From contig NC_135897.1 of assembly GCF_964194155.1 (NCBI RefSeq), positions 76,322,001 through 76,386,000 of the forward strand: a DNA stretch of 64,000 nucleotides, given 5' to 3'. This stretch comes from Cetorhinus maximus (Eukaryota). Positions within the stretch are counted from its first letter, which is position 1; every line of letters begins with the position of its first letter. The notes beneath the pieces are model-generated. The model searched no databases. It worked only from the letters and a program-made list of their open reading frames with translations, and had not been told where the DNA came from. This document shows, piece after piece, positions 1-12,614 of the stretch. The translations under genes were made by a program, and so were the position numbers.

Positions 1-119
1 TTAATTGGCGAGCCGGCGTGAAATCGTAGTCGGGGCCCGATTGCAGGCAGGGCAGCCTGTTTCGTAGCCGTTCCCGGGCCTACCCACCACACCCTCCCAA
101 CGAAGGGAAAATCCTGCCC
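1..119. mobile_element. Right end of a Harbinger MITE in a DNER intron
   Basis: ttaattggc...cgtgaaatc subterminal motif and GGAAAATCCTGCCC terminus shared with other MITEs in the window. Confidence 0.7.
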
Positions 120-912
120 ATTGGCTTCATCCTGTGCAGGCGTCTGTGAATGGTTATACAACCTTAATAGCTATGCCTTATTCTCGTATATTCAGTCCTT
201 ACAGTAAAAGAGTATACTGTCATGAAGATGCGTTCGTCAGGAAGCCCCACCTAGGCACATTGCATGTCCCAACGAGGGGAGAAATGCAATATCAGATCAG
301 GCTTACGCCTGACATCTTATTCTATCTTCCTCATTCAGAGGCCGAGCAACCTTACTGCACAATTTCCATCATGTCCCAGTTCTATATTTCAGATGGGGTT
401 TCTAATCATTTACGCAGGCAAAGCACTTCAGTTCCAGTTGTGTAGCAGTGATTTTCAGTCGTTTTATTTCTGATTGACCATCATATTTTAATGCCAGCAG
501 AAAAAAGTGTGAAATCAGTGAAACTAAAATATTGCAGGTTATACAATGGACAGGCATTCTGCTCCACCCGGTAACTAGCCTGGAGACAAGTTCAAAACTT
601 ACTCCTTTACTATATCACCATGGTGATTAATTCAGCAGAGAATCCTGGACCGTGGTTTTTGCTTGCAACCAATCAAAACTCTGCCCAAAATACCACCACA
701 CCTACAGTCTGTGCGATTGCCCATAGCACAGGATGTTACGGTCCCGCCGAACTGAATGGAGATTTAAATGCCTCGCTGCATCCACCGGGGGGCAGACGCA
801 CCGCACGGGGCCATAAATTCCTGGCCATAGTACCTGAGGAGGGGGACATTTTACTTTCCAAAATGTTCTTCCAAATTTAACCATGGCTTCTGTCATTCTT
901 CTGTTTGTGCAG

Positions 913-1044
913 GTGAAATATGTGAGGCTGATTTAAATGAATGCAACAGTGATCCTTGCCATCATGGAGGGACATGCCTGAACCAAGAAAATGGCTACAC
1001 CTGCCACTGCCCACATGGCTGGGTTGGAATTCACTGCGATGTCC
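913..1044 (+). CDS. DNER: DNER internal coding exon (last EGF-like repeat)
   Basis: ttgtgcag acceptor (AG 911-912) and GTAAGC donor (1045); 132 nt, phase 1-1; translates (G)[43 protein letters not shown](H), an EGF repeat matching the recalled DNER juxtamembrane EGF. Not in the ORF track. Confidence 0.95.
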
Positions 1045-1707
1045 GTAAGCACTTCAGGCTTCTTCAACCTGCCACTTGTGATGCTGTTTAGCCCTTATCA
1101 GGAACTACACTGATGGTCCTCTCACTTGCCTGGGGACACATTCATTCCAAATGTCTTTAAAAGCGTTCCATACCAATTATTTAATGGAGGAGGACACTGA
1201 CTATTAGCATAAGAGTACGGGCTGCACTCTTACCTCAATTAACACAGCAGCAAGGAACGGATGCTGCCTGTGTCTGAGAGCTAGTTTTTTTTCCTGCTGG
1301 AAAGAATCACAAGTTCCAGATAGTGTTGAATAGTATTGATTTTTCTAAATCTATAATTCTGACTTTTTTGGCCCCACTTTGAGAAATTTGTCCTCCTGTG
1401 ATCCACCCAATGAATCCCGAACTACAGGCTACATTGATTTTGAGCTCCAAGAGATTTGGCCAGAGTGGATAATAAGTTATCAAGAAAAGGCAGAATGTGT
1501 TGGGGCATTCATAATGTTCTCTTAATTCAAAATCACTAAAGCCTGATAATTCTATTTTTTAGCACTAACATTTCATCTCGCTGTGATATTTTCATTACTG
1601 TTCAAATTATTGGATAATTCAAATGTTTTTAATATAATAAACAGTTATTAGGGAACGTCTTGAGGACTGTAGCTTTGCCTTGAATATCTCCATCTGTTTG
1701 TGTGTAG

Positions 1708-1954
1708 ACCTGGAATGGAAGTCTGATCGGATGGCAGAGAGTCTCAATAACATGCCCCGTCACTCCCTCTACATTATCATTGGAGCCCTCTGTGTGGCCT
1801 TTGTTCTGATGCTGATCATTTTGATTGTGGGGATCTGCCGCATTAGCCGCATCGAGTACCAGGGCTCTTCCAGACCATCTTACGAAGAATTCTACAACTG
1901 TAGGAGCATTGACAGTGAATTCAGCAGTGCGATAGCTTCGATCCGACATGCCAG
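1708..1954 (+). CDS. DNER: DNER exon encoding juxtamembrane region, transmembrane helix and proximal cytoplasmic tail
   Basis: tgtgtag acceptor, AG|GTATGG donor; in frame with the previous exon: (H)LEWKSDRMAESLNNMPRHSLYIIIGALCVAFVLMLIILIVGICRISRIEYQGSSRPSYEEFYNCRSIDSEFSSAIASIRHA(R), near-identical to the recalled vertebrate DNER sequence including the YEEF sorting motif. Confidence 0.97.
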
Positions 1955-2024
1955 GTATGGGTGTACAACATTATTCATCATTTTGGTAACTTAAAAATAT
2001 TTTCCAGCGCAAAGAAGCAAAGGA

Positions 2025-3235
2025 ACATAAAAACATAGAAAATGTACGGCACAGAAGGAAGCCGTTTGGCCCATCATGTTTGTGTTGGCCAGTTTCAAGG
2101 TATCCAGCCTAATCCCGCTTTCCAGCTCTTGCACTTCTCAGGATCCTAGAATTTATTGTGTATTCTCATTTCTTGTTTGCCTTCCCAAATGTGTTATCTC
2201 ACACTTCTCCAGATTGGATTCCATTTGCCACTTTTCTGTCCATCTGGCCAATCCATTCATAACTTCTTGCAATCTACAGCTTTCTTCCTCATTATCTGCC
2301 ACACAACACATTTTTGTATCTCATAGACTCGTAGAGCCACAAACTCATAGACTCATAGACATTTACAGCACGGAAGGAGGCCAATTGGCCCATCGTTTCA
2401 GCACTGGTCAACAAAGATCTGACTATACTAATCCTATTTTCCAGCACTTGGCCCATAGCCCTGAAGGCTATGGCAATGCAAGTAAAGATCTAAATACTTC
2501 TTAAATGTAACAAGAATTTCTGACCACCCTTTCAGGCAGTGAGTTCCAGACTCCCACCACCCTCTGGGTGAAAAAAATGTCTCCTCAACTCCCCTCTTAG
2601 CCTTCTACCCCTTACTTTAAAGCTATGCCCCTTGGTTATTGACCCCTCTACTAATGGAAAAAGTGCCTTCCTATCCACTCTATCTATATCCCTCATAATC
2701 TTATACATCTCTATCAAGTCCCCTCTCAGCCTTTGCTGCACCAAGGAAAACATCCCCAGCCTACCCAATCTTTCCTCATAGCTCAGACCCTCCAGCCCAG
2801 GCACATCCTTGTAAATCTCCTCTCCACCCTCTCAAGTGCAATCACATCTTTCCTATAATGTGGTGACCAGAACTGCAAGCAGTACCTCCAGTTGTGGCCT
2901 AACCAGCATCTGCAAACTTCTTTAACCACACCCCCAACATTTAAGTCTAAATAGACAATGAAAAGTATGGCACCTTATTCTGATGTTGGTGGATCTCCAC
3001 TGGAAGCAACCTTCCAGTTATAAAAATATTGGTCAATCAATACCCTTTGCTTCCTATCAATGAACCAATTTTGGTTTCAGTTTGATACTTCCCCTTAGAT
3101 TTCACGGACTCTTATTTTTCTGACCAGTCAACCACGTGGGACCTTGTTAAAAGCCTTGCTAAAATCTATGTAGATTACATCAAATGGGCTACCTTCATCA
3201 GCCCTCTTTGTTACCTCCTCAAAAAATGCAATGTT
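2025..3235 (-). mobile_element. Nested CR1 LINE 3' fragments in the last DNER intron
   Basis: MPGLEGLSYEERLGRLGMFSLVQQRLRGDLIEMYKIM (CR1 ORF2 C-terminus) and two CR1-type tails; RT sequence resumes after 2905. Confidence 0.88.
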
Positions 3236-3543
3236 ACCAATGATTGCACCACTGTTTGGGGAAATCATAATTGTGGTTCTAGTCTGTCCCAGTGCTATCA
3301 ATCTCAATATAATGTGCGTAAATTATAGTAAAAACAAATATTTTTCATTTTTACTATAATTTACTTAAATTATGTTGAGATTGATAGCACTGGGACTTTG
3401 AATATTTTTCATTTTTAGTGTGGAGTGTTATGACGGCCTTAAGATTTAGCCCTTGAACTCGCAACGATTTCTCTTCTGTACTTGTTCTTATTACAGTATG
3501 TGTCCTCACATTCTCTCTCTCTGGCCTCTTTAATTTTTTTAAG

Positions 3544-3655
3544 GTTTGGCAAGAAGGCCAGGCCAGCAATGTACGATGCAACCCCTGTGGCCTATGAAGA
3601 TTACAGTCCTGATGATAAACCGCTGGTCACTCTCATTAAAACAAAAGATTTGTAA
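3544..3655 (+). CDS. DNER: DNER terminal coding exon
   Basis: Polypyrimidine tract and AAG acceptor (3541-3543); phase 2 continues (R)FGKKARPAMYDATPVAYEDYSPDDKPLVTLIKTKDL, stop TAA 3653-3655; matches the DNER C-terminus. Confidence 0.97.
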
Positions 3656-5850
3656 AGCATAGCTCATCTCTTATGGGTACAAAAAAGGGAAGTATAAGTA
3701 CAAACACAAACACACACACAAAACACAAACACACACGCTAAATATTTTGAAGACAATGTATTGCTAGAAGATCTAAGAGATTTGCTTTTTGAGCTAAATT
3801 GTCATTTTCCAGTAGTTAATCATACGGACCAATTTTATGCAGTATATTTCAATTGAAAAATGTTTGTGTTTCTAAACTACTCGCTATGTTAATGAAATAT
3901 ATTTTCAATGTTGCTGTTGACCTTAAAAGATATCTATCTTATTAGGTTGTGAACTATTTACAGAAACTATAAGAGCTCTAAGCTATAGAACCTGGGTGTT
4001 ATATTTATGTTTCCTTGTCTCTGTGAAATAATAATGCACCATGGCTTGTAGGAAATTAGACTTGTTTTTGATAGCTCATGTCTTTAGCTCATTTTATTGG
4101 GAAAGTGGGTGGCACGGAGACATGCAACACTGTCCTTTCACCTCTGTCACTTGAGAATGAGATCTGCCCAAAATACTGGGATTAATTTCTCCCCTGTGTG
4201 AACACTCAAATTGTCCAATTGTTGAAAATACAAGGACTGCCTGCAATTTGTCACAAGGTTGGCAGTCTCATTAGAAAGGCCAGAAGAATGGCCAATTGGG
4301 AAACGAAGGTGTTGCAGTGCTCCACCCGATACCAAACAGAAACTGCACCAGATCCAAAAATCGATCCACAAATAGTGGAAAAATGTTCTGTTTCCCGTTT
4401 AATCAGCTTTTTGATGGGCACAGCACCTCTTGCTTAACAGTTCCCTACTGATGTAATCAACACCCACTGTAAAGTTATTTTTGAAAAGAAAAGCAAGAAA
4501 ACAAATATCAGTTCAAATTAATACCATTCTTTGAAACTATTTTATTGTCAAAAGGAGTCGTGATACTGAAATACCCCTTTAAATTATAATTCTCAAAATG
4601 AACTAGGATGTGTTGTGCTCAATATTTAAATGTAAAAGTAATTTCTACATGCTATGGTACTTGTTTTAGTGAATATACCTTAAAGAGGGAGCCTCATCAT
4701 TAATACCTTTTTCAAAAAATCAGTTATGAATATTCGTTATCATTAAATGTTTATTACTGTGGAGATTTTCAAAAAAAGATCTCCCTTAAACAATGGTTCA
4801 TTAAAGGAAGAATTAACTCATACAAGTTAGAAGACCCTAATGATAATAAAGGAGCTGATTACCTTGCACACTAGTGAAACGGAAGTAATCTGAGTTAATG
4901 GCTACCACACTACCGGTATTAATTCAGCTCCTACCATTTTATCAACATCAGCATCTTTTCCCAGACACTTGTCCCGCCCATTAACCAATATGTCGTGGTT
5001 GAGCAAAAATAGTCCCCCAAAGATCAACATACACAGACTAGGATAAACAGAAGGATATTAAATGGGCACATTGTGTTACTGGGGAGCTTTTAGTTGGAGT
5101 AACTGACAAAGCCATGATCAACCTGCTGCTAACCTGCCAGGAAAGCAGATGTTATCTTTTTCCAAAGTAAACCTTTGTGATATGCGTTACACATTATTTC
5201 CATAAATTAGATCTAATTCCATGAATCAGAATTCAAAAGCCCAGAGCACCAGGTACCACAACAACCTAAACGTCTAACTTCCACATTTTGCTCCCTTATT
5301 ACAAATCAGGTAAATTGCCTGCAGAATAATTTTAATGTTAATGGAAGCTATTATAACTTATTTTTAAAAAAAATACAGGCAAGAATGTTGAGAGACTCGC
5401 TCTTTAGATGCCTAGTTTTTAGTAATGCATATTGTAATGACACTTGAAGAGGTCTATGAAATGTGATACTGCTGCGCATTCCTATTAAAGGTGCAATGAA
5501 GTTTAAGGAATGATATTGCACTCCTCAAGCAAAATTTTGTTGTTATGTGCAAGTTGAACATTTTAGTATTTGCTTCAGTTGTTACTGCTAGGAACATGAT
5601 CTTGTACTATCCGTGTGTTTTTTGTCATTTTTTGCTCTTCTGTAACTGGTATCTTTTTTTGTGTGGGGTGGTGGGGAAGGGTTGTCCATCAAAGTTTTGA
5701 AATGTAATGTGTGTCTTGGATTTCCAAAGTGCTCATTGGTCAGCCCCTATTTGTGACAGAAGTAGACGATTCAATTTGCTCCATTAAATTCTTGCATTGA
5801 AGCTGTGTGTTTAATTAAACAATAAAACTCTTACACAAAACAAAGCATCC
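3656..5850 (+). other. DNER: Probable DNER 3' UTR (~2.2 kb)
   Basis: AT-rich, largely free of young repeats, runs from the stop codon to an AATAAA followed by a GU/U-rich tract; 3' end is inferred. Confidence 0.55.
5821..5826 (+). terminator. Candidate polyadenylation signal of DNER
   Basis: AATAAA with downstream ggtctttgtggtctc...ttgtgttttt GU-rich element; an alternative AATAAA lies at 4845-4850. Confidence 0.55.
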
Positions 5851-6444
5851 TAGTAGCAATGCAAAGGTCTTTGTGGTCTCAGTTCATTGTGTTTTTAATT
5901 AATTGGACTGGATGATAAATCTTGCACACTTCCAGCACAAAACCTTATGCAGCTGAAAGCACGTTCTGAGGAATTACACTCACACTCAGCCCATGATTTT
6001 TCATCCATCAATTTTAATAGGCAGGGAAATCTGGTCCACGTGGGCATGATGTTCCAATATCCCAGTGGATGCATCTCCATGCAATCAGGGAAATTTATCA
6101 TCAGATGTTAATTTTTACAGTTTCACTTCTAGAATTAGGCCATATCGATTAGCCTTCTTGATGCTTACAAGGATTCTAATTGAAATTGTGGTTGATCTTA
6201 ATTGATCCGAACAGGGAGACTGAAACCACTTTAGCTGCAAATCTTGCTCCTGTCAGGGGTCATTTGTACACCCAGCATAAAGTAGCAATTTAAATGGCAG
6301 CTGAACCCTTTATGAAATCCTAATTAAAGAGTTTTAAGAACGTACCCAGTTTGTTTGAGGTTGGAGAAAGTGACAGAGATAAATGGCCTAAGTTTAATTT
6401 TATGACAGTGTTCCCTTTGAGTGGAATCTTCTGCCCTTAGAATT

Positions 6445-7062
6445 CTGTGGAATTTTTAGCTGAGCGAGCGGGCGTGCGCTTGACCTGTTCGAGCAAAAAA
6501 ATGAAGTGCGATATTTTGGTCGGCGGGCGCGCAGGGGAAGTCGGCAGCACGCCTGCCGAGAATGAACAAGCCCATTAAGGACATTAAAGTCCCAACTGAA
6601 TTAAAAATTTCCGCTGCCCGTCCAACCTTACGGTTGGCAGACAGGCGAATCAGCCAGGCGGCCTTTGGATTTTTTATGAAACCTCATCCACAGGCGGGAT
6701 GAGGTTTCTAACAGGAATTAAAAATACAATTAAAATGATCAGATCTCATTTATAACATGTCCCTGCTCATGGGACAGAGTCACAAGAGGGGACATGTTTT
6801 GAACATTTTTAAATTCTTTATTTGTGTTTTTGAAAATCTTCAGCTCCCTGAGGCAGCTCTGTGCCTTCAGGCAGCTTTCAGTACGCTCGCCCTCCTCCCG
6901 CCCCCACCCAGGCAGCGCTCAGCATTGCAGCGCCCGATTCACGCTGGCTGGCCGTTAATTGGCCAGCCAGCGTGAAATCGAGGTCGGGGCCCGATCGCGG
7001 GCAGTGGTCGGCTTTGTAACCATCCCCGGGCCCGCCCGCCCAACGAGGTAAAAATCCTGCAC
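6445..7062 (+). mobile_element. Harbinger-type MITE (~620-710 bp family)
   Basis: Similar along its length to 15586-16293 and, in reverse, to 13189-13870; AAAATCCTGC terminus; CpG-rich. Confidence 0.75.
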
Positions 7063-7544
7063 TGTAAGTGTGAGTGGGGACCAGTTTCAGCTACTGGGAA
7101 GTTCTCAGTGGGCATCCCCAATAATCGTACAAATGAGCACTTAATTATTTAGATTGGCTACCTGTCATTGCAGGGCAGGTATCCTCTGCAGGTGCTGACC
7201 CACTCCTGGAGAGATCCTCCGGAGGCGGCAAGATATTGGGTCATATATCCAACACTTCATTCTCAGAAATTCCTGCCCGGTCCCACCTTGGAGCCCACCC
7301 CATGGGACCAGGAAGACTCCGTCCTTTTTTCCTGGATTTCTCCCACCAGAGGAAATTGTTCCTTTCTATCCATCCTACAGAATCCTTCTGGCATTTTAAA
7401 CACCTTGAGCAGATCACATCTCAACCTTATAATCTCAGGGGAACACAGACCAACTTACACTCTGTCCGTCCTTTAAGCCCCAGTACAATTCTGCTAAATC
7501 TGTACTGGACCTCTTCTGGGCCAATATATCCTTTCCAAAGGATA

Positions 7545-8075
7545 TATGACACAGAACGAGGCCATTCAGCCCAACCAGTCCATGTTGGCATTTATGCTGC
7601 ACTCGATCCTTCTCCCATCTTACCACATCTAAACCTAGCTGCTTAACTTCTATTCCCTTCTCCCTTATATGCTTGCCTAACCTCCCTTTCGAGGCATTTA
7701 CTGTATATTATTCGCTTTAACCACTCCCTTTGATAGCGAATCCTTCCTGATGTTTGGTTCCCATTCTTCCATGTCAATTGTCTGTGAGAACAACTCATCT
7801 TGTTCCACTCCTTCGCCTTTTCCCATAGCCCTGCTATTTTCTCTTTTCAGATAATTATTGAATTCCCTTTTGAAAGCCACCATTGTACCTGCTTCTGCCC
7901 CATTCTGAGGTAATGCATTCCAAATCTGAATCTTTCACTCGGTAAAAAGTTTTTCTTCATGTAGCCTTTGTTTCTTTTGCCAATCGCCTTAAATTAGTGT
8001 CCTCTGGTTCTTGCCCCTTCCAGCGGCTGGTTACAATTTCTCCCGATCTACTCTGTCCAAACCCTTCATGGATTA
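7545..8075 (-). mobile_element. CR1 LINE 3' fragments
   Basis: CR1-type tail (ggccattcagccc) and degenerate ORF2 C-terminal sequence. Confidence 0.65.
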
Positions 8076-8368
8076 TAAATGCAGCAAAAGACATGGTTAC
8101 ATCAATAAGCTGCTTCCTTCATTGAATTCATGAGCTGGGCACAATGCTCCTGCTTCTAAGCTCAACTACTGCCAACTATGCCATCTTGGTAAGAGCAGCA
8201 GGCTTCTTTCTCCCATTGCTGAAGAAATGTCTGTCCCTCCTCTTCCTCCTGACTGTACACGGCAGTAAGTCCAGCGAGATGTCATTAAATCTGAGTGCTT
8301 CCCTTGCTCTATGGCCCACCATCCATCTTCCAATGACGGCAGAGCAAGGATTGGGTGGTACGACTGCC

Positions 8369-8980
8369 ACTTCCATTTTAACCCTGCTATCACCCCTTCT
8401 GCCAAGCGATGGGAGATAAACTCTCTCCCAGTTAGCCTTTCATAGAGTAGAAATACCAGGTCAGCAATTTCAATTATAACCCTACAGAGCAGCCTTCTGT
8501 TATGTAGACAATGAAGATATCATGGGTTGCAGAACAGCTGACTGTTACGGACAGAAGAGAGAGTGAAACTCTACCTGTGTGTATGTAAGCAGAGGTGTTT
8601 TTGAATTATTTTTAAACTAGGCTATGGCGTGCTTTCCCAAAGCCTTGGATCATATGATCTAATTTAAAAATAACTTCCATTTTAACCCTGCTATCACCCC
8701 TTCTGCCAAGCGATGGGAGATAAACTCTCTCCCAGTTAGCCTTTCATAGAGTAGAAATACCAGGTCAGCAATTTCAATTATAACCCTACAGAGCAGCCTT
8801 CTGTTATGTAGACAATGAAGATATCATGGGTTGCAGAACAGCTGACTGTTACGGACAGAAGAGAGAGTGAAACTCTACCTGTGTGTATGTAAGCAGAGGT
8901 GTTTTTGAATTATTTTTAAACTAGGCTATGGCGTGCTTTCCCAAAGCCTTGGATCATATGATCTAATTTAAAAATAACTT
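8369..8980. repeat. 304-bp tandem duplication, apparently exact
   Basis: 8369-8672 repeats at 8673-8976, with ACTT microhomology at 8369, 8673 and 8977. Confidence 0.95.
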
Positions 8981-10369
8981 GAGGCAAACTCATGTTATGA
9001 TTAACTCAGCAGAAGGTTAGTTTATTCACATTCAAACCCAGGAGTGGGGGGGTGGGTCGGAGTGGGGGGTGGGGGGGGGGTGCGGTGGAATGGGTACAGC
9101 GGGGGGTAGTGTTTACAACCTCACACACACACAGACACACACACATATATACGGAAAGGGGGAATAGAAAAGAGGAAGAGTTACAACTATGGGCAACAAC
9201 AGTAAAAGAACTACAGAAATGAATATTAGTTCCCGTGATTTCCAATGTCCAAGAAGTCAAAGTCCAGTGGGTGTTTCCTTCATGGTTGAGTTCAGTCCGG
9301 GTGAGCTCTGAGTTAGAGGCAGCAACATGAAAATCCTTGAAACGAATGACGATGCAGCACGATGGGGTTTCTGTGCTTTGATTGCTTGGCAGGTGACAAT
9401 CAGAGACTTTTAAAATCAACCAGGCTTCGAGGAGCTGAGAGCAGTGGACAGCTACTTGGTCAGGCCGGGAACTGCTGGAGTTCTTTCCAGTTGGTGTTAA
9501 AGCAGCAGTCTGAGCTGTGAGGTGAGGAATGTAATATTAAAATGATCCAACAGGCTAGAAGCATGGGGGTCACATGACGTGGCCCATTAATGAGTTCATT
9601 GCAGCCTCGCACACAGTTTCTGTGCTCCTGGCTAAAATCCGTTGTTTCCTTTAGGAGCAAAATGGTGGCTATTAACGCTTCTTCAGGTATAAAGTTTCGA
9701 TGTCCTGGCTGTGGGAGTCAGTACGTCTGTTAGTCGTCTAGTTTCATGATAATAATGTGGCCTTACAATGGGGTGTGAGATTCAACAAGGATGGAAGTGG
9801 AAATCCTTTGTTCTTGTAATCTCTGTTGGCACCTTCCAGAACAAATAAAAACATACAAACGTAGGAATTAGGAGCAGGAGTAGGTCAATCGGCCCCTCGA
9901 GCCTACACTGCCATTCAATAAGATCATGGCTGATCTGATTGTAACCTCACCTCCACAAACCTGCCTATCTCCAATAACCTTTCGCCCCCTTGTTTATCAA
10001 GAATCTATCTAGCTCTACCCTAAAAACGTTCAAAGAATCTGCTTCCACTGCCTTTTGAGCGAGAGTTCCAAAGACTTACAACCCTCTGAGAGAAAAAGTT
10101 TCTCATCTTTGTCTAAATGAACGACCCTGTATTTTTAAACAGTGACCCCTAGTTGTAGATTCTCCCACAAGAGGAAACATCCTCTCCACATCCACCCTGT
10201 GTAGACCCCTCAGGATCTTAAAGGTTTCAATCAACGGCCACTCTTGTGAATCATGTGACCAGTAGCAGCCATTTTGTGGCTCAGCAGAAGTTCATTTTAA
10301 AATAGCAAAAAAAAATAAAGTTTTGATACTTACAGTTTTGATTTCTTTTCATGTCTCATTGACATAACA
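8847..10369. mobile_element. Probable solo LTR interrupted by a CR1 fragment
   Basis: TGTTA...TAACA termini; flanks tgac/tcac (imperfect 4-bp TSD); no coding capacity. Confidence 0.45.
9850..10233 (-). mobile_element. CR1 LINE 3' fragment
   Basis: aggagcaggagtaggtcaatcggcccctcgagcct tail, same subfamily as 12830 ff. Confidence 0.8.
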
Positions 10370-11034
10370 TCACATACAGCACATTATAACCATAGATAGC
10401 ATGGAAATAACCCTACCTCACATGGAAATATGTTGTTCACCTAAAATAGTTTCGTGGTTACAAGGAATACTTGTATTCTTATATACTTGTATTGTATTGA
10501 ATGCGTGGTTATACTCAACTATAATTTTTCCTAATTGTACTGAGACCATGGCTTATTCTGAAATTCCTACAAGAGCCTTCTGCAGCAATTTTAGAATGTG
10601 CACAATTTGAAGCAATGGCCTCAGTGATATTTTCCAGAACTACCATATACAGCGCGCCTTCCAGTGTGATTTTAAGAAACTGCACATCTGCCTGTTCCTG
10701 TATGGTGTGAGATCATGTATGCACCATATACCCCCCCCTCCACTCCATCCCTCCCTCTACCAGTGATGGTAAACAGTCACGTTCATTTACTTGACCTCAA
10801 GGTGTGCAGAGCATGGCCCAATCCACCATTTAAAGCAGCATAAGCATCTCACACTAAAAGTACGAATTCAAATATAATAGACATTGATTTATTTTATAAA
10901 TATCATCTGACTTACATGAGTGGCCCGTGGTATTTCTAATTTTTCCAACCCTCCACTACAAGACTAAGAAGAAAGTGGCCCACATGCCTGTGTACTATCT
11001 GAGATTATTTCATCCTCCCAGTGCAACATTTAAT

Positions 11035-11800
11035 GATAGCATCGTGGTTATGTTACTGGGCTTGTAATCTATGTTCCCTTTAAGCCGCGCACCCATGCAG
11101 CAACCAAAATGTTCCCACGCAGGCCATGCATAAGTCAGCCCTTTCAAGTTGCTGTGCAAAAAACTTTAAAGGGCCCACGCAATTAAACAACTTGCCCACA
11201 AACTACAAGAAAAATGAGGCACATTGTTAGAGTTCCAGAAGCTTGGGCTAATAATCCAGAGGGTGTGAGTTCAAATGTTCAAGTTGAGAAATTTAAGTTC
11301 AATTAAATAAACCTGAACTTAAAACTAGCATTTGTAATGGCGACGATCAAACTACTGGATTGTCATAAAAACCCAACTGGTTTACTAGAATACTTTAAGG
11401 GAGGAAGCCTTCTGTGCTTACTTGGCCTGGCCTATATGTGACTCCAGACCCACAGCAATGTGGTTGACTCTTAACAGCCCTTTCAAATGGCCTAGTAAGT
11501 CACTCAGTTCTATCAAAAAAGTACCTTCACCATGCAAACTGCATCACCACCACCTTCTAATCTAAAGGACAAGTAGAGATGGACTATAATGCTGGCCATG
11601 CCAATGCTGCCTCCATCCCATGAAGGAATAAATAAAATAAAAATAACTTTTATTAGTATTCAAGCTTAGTATCATTAGTATCATGGGCTGCAGCAGTTCA
11701 AGAAGGCACCTCACCACCACCTTCTCAAGGGCAACTAGGGATGGGCAGTAAATGCTGGCCCAGCCAGCGAAGCCCACATCCCGTGAATGAATTTTTTTAA
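11035..11800 (+). mobile_element. tRNA-head SINE (with ~160-bp internal insertion) plus an extra LINE tail
   Basis: Head similar to 60198-60500, B-box gagttcaaat at 11267, tails at 11540-11630 and 11685-11795. Confidence 0.7.
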
Positions 11801-12416
11801 AGTGCTGTCGTTGTATTTTAATAAGAAGATGAATGATGATTTGACAGCACAAAGAACCGACCCTGTGGCAGCCAACATTTGATCAAAAATATTAAACTAT
11901 GTTAATATTTGTAATTCTTAAAAATAAACGTTTCAAATAAAAACAAGCTCTCCACAGTCTATCGTGCTGGGGGTAATTGTGGGTTGTGAAATCAAGTGAG
12001 CAATGCCCAGCTCACAGCAGGTTTCATAATAGGAAAATTCCTGCTGTGCTGCCAAATGTATTACTTGACCTAAACAACCCTTTTACTGTCCACTGGCAGC
12101 ATTCAAGATTACATTGAACAAAGATTTGTGCAACAACCAGCGATTGTACGTTACATCTGCACTGCTACCTGTGTACATTTAGCATTAATATTCATCTCAG
12201 AATTCATTGCAATACTTATTTGTTTTGCTTACAAAATTTTCTGGATAATGCAGGCATAGGTCTGAAATTATCTGTTCAAATGGAAATCTGTAGCAATGGT
12301 ATTTTTCTTTTTAAAAAGATCCAGTTGCCTTTTTGTTCTGTTCCTTTATCTCACGGTCATTGCCCCACTCGATTTTAACAACACTGTTAGCAACAACTAG
12401 AAACTTTAGAGTCATA

Positions 12417-12612
12417 GGGCGGAATTTTCTCTTCAGCCTGCTGGGGCGGGCCCCGCACGCCGACGTGTAAAATGCGTGAAAGAGCCAGGCCCCGACTGTC
12501 CCTCCTCTCCCTGCCCGCACGGTAGCGCTGAGCACTACCGGGCACACGTCACGCTGGGTGGGCCTTAATTGGCCCACCCACGTAAAATGGCAGCGCGCAG
12601 CTGATAGCGGGC
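12417..12612 (+). mobile_element. Internally deleted, truncated Harbinger MITE
   Basis: GGGCGGAATTTTC start, left-end sequence fused directly to the right-end palindrome of the 15586 family. Confidence 0.65.
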
Positions 12613-12614
12613 GG

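Noticed and set aside
1680-1994. 104-aa standalone ORF and the antisense 106-aa ORF
   Set aside because: These are the DNER exon read through its intron flanks and its antisense shadow.
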